This document shows, piece after piece, positions 55,401 to 64,000 of a DNA stretch of 64,000 nucleotides. The position numbers and the translations under genes are program-made. The first letter of the stretch is position 1, and every line of letters begins with the position of its first letter. The notes below the pieces were generated by a model. That model was not told the DNA's origin. It ran no database searches and saw nothing but the letters and a program-made list of their open reading frames with translations. The stretch lies in NCBI RefSeq assembly GCF_009914755.1, contig NC_060930.1. One strand, 5' to 3'. This DNA comes from the human T2T-CHM13v2.0 reference genome, Homo sapiens.

Positions 55401-56232
55401 ACACCAAAAGCAATGGCAACAAAAGCCAAAATAGACAAATGGGATCTAATTAAACTAAAGAGCTTCTGCACGGCAAAAGAAACTACCATCAGAGTGAACA
55501 GACAACCTACAGAATGGGAGAAAATTTTTGCAATCTACCCATCTGACAAAGGGCTAATATCCAGAATCTACAAAGAACTCAAATTTACAAGAAAAAAACA
55601 AACAACCCCATCAAAAAGTGGGCAAAGGATATAAACAGACACTTTTCAAAAGAAGACATTTATGCAGCCAACAGACACATGAAAAAATGCTCATCATCAC
55701 TTGTCATCAGAAAAATGCAAATAAAAACCACAAGGAGATACAATCTCACACCAGTAAGAATGGCGATTATTAAAAAGTCAGAAAACAACAGATGCTGGGG
55801 AGGATATGGAGAAATAGGAATGCTTTTACACTGTTGGTGGGAGTGTAAATTAATTCAACCATTGTGGAAGACAATGTGGCGATTCCTCAAGGATCTAGAA
55901 CTAGAAATACCATTTGACCCAGCAATTCCATTACTGGGTATATACCCAAAGGATTATAAATCATGCTACTATAAGGACACATGCACACGTATGTTTATTG
56001 CAGCACTATTCACAATAGCAAAGACTTGGAACAAACCCAGATGTCCATCAATGATAGACCGAATTAAGAAAATGTGGCACATATACACCATGAAATACTA
56101 TGTAGTCATAAAAAAGATGAGTTCATGTCCTTTGCAGGGGCATGGATGAAGCTGGAAACCATCATTCTCAGCAAACTATCACAAAGACAGAAAACCAAAT
56201 ACCGAATGTTCTCACTCATAGGTGGGAACTGA
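52424..56232 (+). pseudogene. L1 ORF2p (endonuclease / reverse transcriptase) remnant
   Basis: Stop at codon 3 (atg aca tga). EN motifs IQETHL and SDHSAIK, RT motifs [10 protein letters not shown] and LFADDM, C-terminal HCWWEC, split over several frames. Confidence 0.95.
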
Positions 56233-57598
56233 ACAATGAGAACACTTGGAGACGGGGGCAGGTGAGAACATCACATACCGGGGCCTGTCTGTGGGGGCTG
56301 GAGGAGGGATAGCATTAGGAGAAATACCTAATGTAAATGACAAGTTGATGGGTGCAGCAAACTAACATGGCACATGTATACCTACGTATAAACCTGCACA
56401 TGTACCCTTTATTAAAGTATAATAAAAAAAGAAAGATTTTTTTCCATCAAAATTATGAAATTGTATAACTCTTTCAGGATCACAACATTTCAACCATTAA
56501 GTGTCACCTAGGAAGCTATTTTAAAATGCATATCTATTCCTGCTAGTGAAGTTTGCTTTTTAAAAAATGCAGATCATTGTATAGGTAATGTTAACTTGTC
56601 AAAGTAGGATGTTTAATATTATTAGCCGTCTTCCAAATATTTATAAATATTTAATGGAGTTTTGTACAACTATTGTTATCATCATATTAAATGCATAAAG
56701 ATGACTCCAAGACTCAATGTTGTCTTGAAACTATTTTTTTTTTTAAAGCACAAAGTAACAGGAGAACAAAATATACAAAACTTTCAAATATATCAGAAAT
56801 AACATTCCTTCTTTGATTATTGTTATGGTGCTAAGAATTATTGTTTTGAAAAGGAGCCATTTTATCACACAGTTGAGACATATTTCATAAGAAACAAAAA
56901 CATAAAATCAAATAAAAGTTGTTAGAGTATTACTTGTACACATGCATTTCCAGTCTGATTAAAACATCTTTTACATTAATTTGTTATTAAATTTATTAAT
57001 TATGCATAGGTGTTTACCTACAATAATTATATAGTCAAAGAAGTGTCATACCATTAGAACACAAAATGATCTCAGAATATCTGACTCTTACTCAAGAGTT
57101 TGGCAATTCTTTCTCAACAAAGTGTTTTCACACCTTTTGACTTTTACAGACACAAGAGCAAAGCACTCTTTAGGAATTTTTTACATCTTCACTGAATAAG
57201 ACAAAGTCCAGAGACAGAAATTTTCACCAGTGTTTTTGTATGCCATGTATCACATTTCCTACTAATTGTTGGAACAGAGAAATTAAAGACATATAATTAG
57301 CATGAATGTATCCAGAAATAAGCAAAGTAATTACTAGTTTCTCATCATGATTATTCAGTACGACTTAAATGTTTTTGGTGGGAAACTTGATATTGAAATA
57401 ATTAATATTCAAAATGATCTTTCCTTGTAAAGAAATGTATAGGCAAGCTTCACTTCATTAAATAACCATGAAATCATCTTTATAATAAGTTATTTTGAAC
57501 CCGGAAAGATAAAGTTGTAAGTGATGGGTGGGCTCCCAGGTCCTCTGTATAAGTAAGCCGTAGACAGGTTGCCTGACAGTGCTCAGGAGCTAGTGTTG

Positions 57599-57924
<326 letters not shown>

Positions 57925-58118
57925 TCAAGGGAGCATTGAGATGAGGATGAGAGAGTCTCCCTTTTATAAGATTGATTCCAGATACAATTTGAAACAGCTA
58001 ATGGCTCTCTTTGATGTTTTACTTCCATTCTTCTTACACTTTTCTACCTCTTAATTCCTCTTCTGCAATGACCCTAAAGTCTTCAGGGTCCCAAGTCCTC
58101 CAAATTCTGACCTCCTCC

Positions 58119-58190
58119 CAGGACTAGCTTCATGGTGTGTGACCTGAGTGGTTGCACAGGGTCCTGCACTCTGATGGGCCCTGCACACAG
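58119..58190. mobile_element. MER91-like hAT fragment
   Basis: caggactagcttcatggtgtgtgacctgagtggttgcacagggtcctgcactctgatgggccc. Confidence 0.55.
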
Positions 58191-58729
58191 TTTTATTCCC
58201 TGTTGTGTATTAATTACTCCTAATAACTGTTTATTTTGTGCTGGATCCTGAAAATAAGGTAGCCAGGCTTGCCGCCTATCCATAATGATCATGTGGTCAT
58301 TAACAGCTATGCAAAAGAACAATCTTGAAAGAATATGCATGAATATATGAATACTAAGTTACCCCTCAATTCTCTCGGAGACTGAAGTCCCTCAAATATC
58401 TACTTAGGAACTCGGTTTGCCACTTAACCACTCTAGAACTCTGTTATTTCATCTGCAAAATAAGAACAGCAAATTATGAACTATAAGTTCCTTCCCATCT
58501 AAACAACCACACCAGCCTATAGGGACTTGTGCTTTTTAAAGGGAAGGTGTTTTTGCAGAGTAAAAGATGACATGAAAATAATTTAGACCATCCAGTAGAG
58601 TGCTACCCTGGTTAATTTCCTTAATTATATGTGTTTGTTTTTGTAGAAGTTTTAGTTTTTCAACTATTCATTAAATAAATACTTACCCATAGTATCTACC
58701 ACTCAGTTTTTAAATTTCTCCAATTATTA

Positions 58730-59430
58730 TGTCACTCTCATAGACCACAGCTCCATGAGGAAACAAAGTCTGTAAGTTACGTTTACATTTGCTTTCAGAA
58801 GACTTGAGCACAGTAGATTCCCAACAAATATTTGTTAAATGCATGAATGTATGATTGAATAAACTAAGTGCCTACTAAATGTCAGCTGAAAAAAATATGA
58901 GTACCTACTTGTGCTTAGTACTGGATATCCGAAGTTGAATAAGACAAGATGCCTACTTTCAAGGTTCTAATACACTAATGGGGACAGAGCTTCTTGCATA
59001 AACCCTTACAGACTAATGCAACCAACACCTTAATAGAAACATGTTCAAAGTAGAGTACAAACGAGGAATCCTCTCACTCTGGCTGGTGGTATTAGGAAAG
59101 GCTTCACAGAGGAGGCAGGATTTGAGCTGAGTCTTGAAACTTGAGAAAGGCAAAAGGTAAAAAGAACATGTAAGGCAGGGAAATGAGATTGAGATTGGCT
59201 TGAAGGAATCTAGAAATTGTTCGGGGGATTGCAACACCATAGTTTATAGAGGCTGAGTAGAAATGAAAAAAGGAAGGTTAATCGAAGTCAGGCAATGGAC
59301 ACCCTTCCAACCATAATGAGTTTATCTGGAAGGTTATAGTGAGTCCTTGCAAGCTTCTAAGCAGGGAAGAAGACAATGGATGTCACTGCTGTTGTGTTTT
59401 GAAAGATCTATCTTATTACAATATTGGGAT
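58730..59430. mobile_element. L2 fragments
   Basis: aacaaatatttgttaaatgcatgaatg; ggaaaggcttcacagaggagg...ttgagctgagtcttgaa. Confidence 0.7.
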
Positions 59431-60355
59431 GTGGTCTAGTTGAATTCCTACGTTTCTGGATGTATTGTAAGAATTCCACTTTTTTCTGTTGAATAGTAGA
59501 GCAAGGAATGCTCATATCAGCCAAAATTGGATAAAATGAAAATAATCTGTGAGAAGCCCCAGAAAAGTAAAGGAGCTGAAAAAGCAGCCCATGAATACGG
59601 AATCAGTGTAGTTCTTGGCAAGATGAACGCAGTGGCTCATAACTTATAACAACAACAACATATAACAAATACAACATCAACAAATAACAACGACAACAAC
59701 AAAGAACACCAAGATAGGTCCTGAGAATCTCAAAATTCTTCCCAAGTCAGTAAACAAGTCAACAGTAGAATAAAGAAGAGCAGATGAAAGGAACTCAAAG
59801 TGCCAGTGACACATGTGAGGAGAAAGGAAGCAAATGAATGGAAGGCAATTGCATAATTCTAGGTAAATAACTTTTTTAATGTGGGTGGAGACCACTGTTT
59901 ACTAAATATGAAAGATTAATATCAGCAGAGGAAGGAATTGTTTGTTTTTAATCCAAGAGGTCATTGTGAACAATAAAAAACAAAAAAGAACATAAGTTAC
60001 CACAGAAACCATTTGTTGAATACTTAACAAACTTCATGATATCAAAATAATTCAAAACTGTACATGGATAATTTGAAACTGAATCTGTCTGGGGCAGTCA
60101 CCAACTTCTTTGAGATGTTTCCATGTATTTATTTGAGAAGAAACAAATAGAAAATTATCATTGTCTATCCTCAGCATTATGGGAAGGCTGCATATATTCT
60201 TATACAGTAAATTCTCAACTATTTAAAATAAATTACTACTTATGATTAACTGAATACTTATGATTAACACTGAATACTTATGATTAACAATTGCTTAATT
60301 AAACTACAGACTGTCATACAAAGATCAGAAACTAGGTATTTAGGTGTGAGAATCT

Positions 60356-60377
60356 CACACACACACACACACACACA
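60356..60377. repeat. (CA)n microsatellite
   Basis: Direct reading. Confidence 0.93.
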
Positions 60378-61449
60378 AAGTGTAATATCCTCATTAGCCC
60401 CAATCTGAAAGAATATAAAAGAGAATAATAATAACCTGGGATGTGAATTGTTTTTCTAAGTTTCTTAAGATATATGAGGGATTTGTCACATGAAACTGAA
60501 AGTCTGGTTCCCCCCTTTATAAGTACATATTACCTTAAATTATACATTCATGGAACTCTAAACTTCATGGGCTCTGGCGTGGTCTTCACTCCTCTTACAG
60601 AGACCACGCCAAGGCCTCAGCTCTGATCCAACATAGACAGGGTCACACAGCCACCAGCACAGTGGCTAACAGAGTTTTTCCAGATGCAGATGCAATTTCC
60701 CCAATTCAATTGCCTTACTTTTGGGGAGGGTTCCATCCAGGTTTTCATGGAGAGGAAATCCCAGAGTTTACAATGTTCCAGACAATCCAGTCACCTGTAG
60801 TGCCATACTTTCTCTTTTCTTTTCATAAATTTGAGCCCTGGCAGAGCTAATTAAACAATGATGAAAGCAAGGAAAATAGACATTTCTGACTCCATAAAGA
60901 ACTTCCCCAAAACACAAGCAGGAATAATACTAGTTTAGTTACATAGCAAAGATCTAGAGAAATAATGTCAAGGGGTGAAAGTGGAGACGTCTAAGGGGAG
61001 GGTTGCCCAAGGAAAGAAGGCACTGAGAGGCGGGGCAGTGACACACAAGTGTCCAAGATGGTACCGACAGGAGAATTTCACAAGGGTCATTGTCAGCTCA
61101 TAGCACGGTCCCCAACTCAACAAGAGAGGGAGGCTGATTGAGGGAGGGCCTGAAAGAAGAGATGTCTTACTCTGAGGACTTATGTCTAAATGGGCTCTAC
61201 ATAAGGTATAGAATTATATTTAACGTGTTCTTAAAGAATTGCTCCTAACCAGTGAATTTCTGAGCATCTTGAACCTCCTTGTGGGCAATGCACAAAGCCA
61301 TTCTTTATTTTTCCAGAAATGATTTTAAATGATAGGCAGGCACACGCGCACCTGCTCAGACCTGATATTTATATATAAAATGCACATACTCTTTTTATAT
61401 ATTATGAACATGTAGAAACATGTACATGTAAAGAAAATTAACAACATTA

Positions 61450-62600
61450 ACACAGTTGATCACTCCCTCCTTGAACTCATTCTTTGTTTGGCTTTCAGAC
61501 CTTCCTTTTGTCTTTTTTCTTCCTACCACACAGGCTGCAGCTTCTTAGTCTCATATGTGGGACTCTCCTCATTCCCCACTTCCCTCAGTGTTGAGTGCCC
61601 CATTTCACAAACCTCTTTTCTTCTTATCTGTCCGGGCTCCCTGGGTGATGCCAACCAATCTCACAGCTTTAAACACTATCTCTGTGCTGACAACGTCCAA
61701 ATGTTTTCTCCTGCTGTGTCTCCTCCATTGATCTCTACAGTTACATACATATACTCAACTCCTTTCCTGGAAATCTACCAGGTATCTAAAATGTAACATA
61801 TCCAAAATAAGGTCTCAGTTTTCCTCCTCAATGCTGTTCCACACAACAGTTTTTCTTTATTTCAAAACTAAAAGTGAGAGGACCAAGTTTAATTTTTTTC
61901 TCTTATACACCAAACCGAATTCATCAACACATTGTTTTAGTCTTACCTTCAAAATATATCTAGAATATTACCACCTCTCTCCCCATCCACCGTTCAACCC
62001 ATCATCTGTCTCTTGACTTGTCAAAAATAACCTCTATTCCGGCCTCCCAGCTTCCCCCATTGAAAATAAATATAATATTAACTATTTATATTATATGCAC
62101 TTAACAAATACTTATGAAGTGTCCATATTATGAAATGCACTATGCTAGACAATATGTAGGGCACTGATGTGAGTTTGACCCAATTCTTGTCCTCAAAGTT
62201 TTTATATTCTGGGTGAATAGGTTAGATACATACACGCAACCCAATACAAAGCAACAGAAGATAATTGTCATATTGTGCTATAAAGAGCTAGAGGGGTTTA
62301 GAGGAAGGAGAGGAAATTTCTGATTGTATTGGCAATAAAGCCTTTGCTGAGGAGGTTGCATTGAAGGTGGGCCTTGAAGATAAGTCAGGTTTTAGGAACA
62401 GTGACTTGAGCTCATTCCAGAAGGTGCCCCAGAAGGAGATGAAAGAGTCAGGACATCTTCCGAGCATGGAAAGTAGTAACATTTGGCTGACATAGGTGGA
62501 TATATAGAGGAGCTAGAGGAAAAAGCTGTTACAGTTAAAATGGACTTAGAATATGGAATCCCAGCCAAAGAAGTTGGGACTTTAACAGGGAGGTCAAAGA
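61450..62600. mobile_element. Two L2 fragments in opposite orientation (about 61450-62060 and 62095-62600)
   Basis: cacagttgatcactccctccttgaa, tccctgggtgat, cttcaaaatatatctagaat; then ttaacaaatacttat, gaggaggttgcattgaaggtgggccttgaaga. Confidence 0.7.
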
Positions 62601-63572
62601 AGTAATTTTGCTATATGTGTTTAATGTTACATCATAAGAGTAACAAAAGTAAGGTAATATGTTTAAAAAAATTCATGTGGAGGTAACATGATATAGAGGG
62701 ATACTTTATGTTTTATTTGTAGACCTTAGACACTCTTACTTTTAGAGGCCTGCCACACACTATATCAAAGGTGCAATAAAGAGAATTTACATTACATGCC
62801 ATATAAAATATACTGACACATATATAATTTTTGAATTGATTTGATTTACATTTGACTGCTTGCCATAATTTAGTATTTGTAAACCTTTGCTTTTTTTTTT
62901 TTATTTAACTGTTTTCTTTTTCTATTTGAGAGCGAATATTTTATAGGTCACTGAAGACCCTGAAGGCCTGAAGCACTTTCTCCATGAAGCGCAATGGATG
63001 AAATAGGTTGGCAGAAAGAGAGGCTTAGAGGACCAAGCACTACACAAATGTAAACACTTTCATAAATTTATTAATAAAAGTGATGTGAACAAGTAATATA
63101 CCATTTAAAAGGAAAATGTGCTCAAAACATTGTGTCTACAAAAACAACAAACACATCACTCATTCAGGCAAGATGTGTATCTTTAAACTGATTTTATAGT
63201 AAAAAACCACTCGATTAAAACAAAAATTCAGATACACATTCTTCAAAAAGAGGGCAGGTAAAGTAGGACCCAATGTAATTGATTTAATTGGTTAATTGCC
63301 TTGATCAATTTTATCTTCAATTCATTAAGTTAGGCATAATAATTTATCCATTTATTTATCAAAAATGTATTTAACTATAATGTTCCAAAATATAAAGAAA
63401 TGATCACTGTTTTGTATCATACTTAAATTTGAGATAATTTTACACAATATTTATGTGGGAAAAGAGAGATTAAACCCAAAGGGATTTCAGCCTAAATACA
63501 ATAAATGAGTTTTTGACACTGTTTTGTGTTTTAATAAGAAGAGTCATTAAGTTAGAGTAATAAAGTATAAAG

Positions 63573-64000
63573 TTTTTTAAACTTTTATTTTAAGTTTAGG
63601 GGTACATGTGCAGGTATGTTACATAGGTAAATTTGTGTCATGGAGGCTTGTTGTACGGATTATTTCATCATCCAGATATCAAGCATAGTACTTATTAGTT
63701 ATTTTTCTGATCCTCTCCCTCCTCCCAGCCTCCACCCTCCAATGGGCCACAGTGTCTGTTGTTCCCCTCTATGTGTCCATGTATTCTCATCATGTAGCTC
63801 CCACTTATAATGAGAACATACAGTATTTGGTTTTCTGTTCCTGTATCAGTTTGCTAAGGATAATGACCTCTAGCTCCATCCATGTCCCTGCAAAAAACAT
63901 GATCTTTTTCTTTTTATGGCTGCATAGTATTCCATGGCATATATGTACCACATTTTTTTGTGCAGTTTACCATTAATGGGCATTTAGATTGATGCAATGT
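63573..64000 (-). mobile_element. L1PA (about PA11-PA13) 3' end, runs off the window
   Basis: ttttattttaagtttaggggtacatgtgcagg...gctcccacttataatgagaaca. Confidence 0.92.

Noticed and set aside
52535-56149. Endonuclease and reverse-transcriptase ORFs as an active or novel retro-system
   Set aside because: They are ordinary L1 ORF2 fragments, with a stop at codon 3 and multiple frameshifts.

Overview
AT-rich, CpG-depleted primate (human-like) non-coding DNA, intergenic or intronic. No protein-coding exon, structural RNA gene or CRISPR array is recognisable, and I cannot name the locus. A large fraction is interspersed repeat: about 18 Alu/FAM copies, L1 fragments of several ages, a full-length but inactivated L1PA (50299-56430), a twin-primed L1 (32041-33935), THE1/MST and MLT1 LTRs, MER5/MER6/MER91 DNA-transposon relics, MIR and L2. 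The long ORFs in the track are L1 ORF1/ORF2 remnants or chance frames. The most notable structure is a set of local duplications tied to (TA)n tracts. (1) A 68-bp, 93%-identical inverted repeat spans 2.2 kb (15445-15512 vs 17683-17750); its right arm covers the 3' splice site and body of a candidate 38-nt micro-exon. (2) A ~660-bp foldback (44816-45475) encloses a tandem array of perfect 32-bp palindromes. (3) A 40-bp spliced-together copy of nearby sequence sits inside a TA tract (23744-23783). A repeat-poor island (about 10.7-18.5 kb) also carries a perfect ERE, a C/EBP-PAR motif cluster and + strand splice signals suggestive of a non-coding transcript. Repeat subfamily calls are by eye and approximate.
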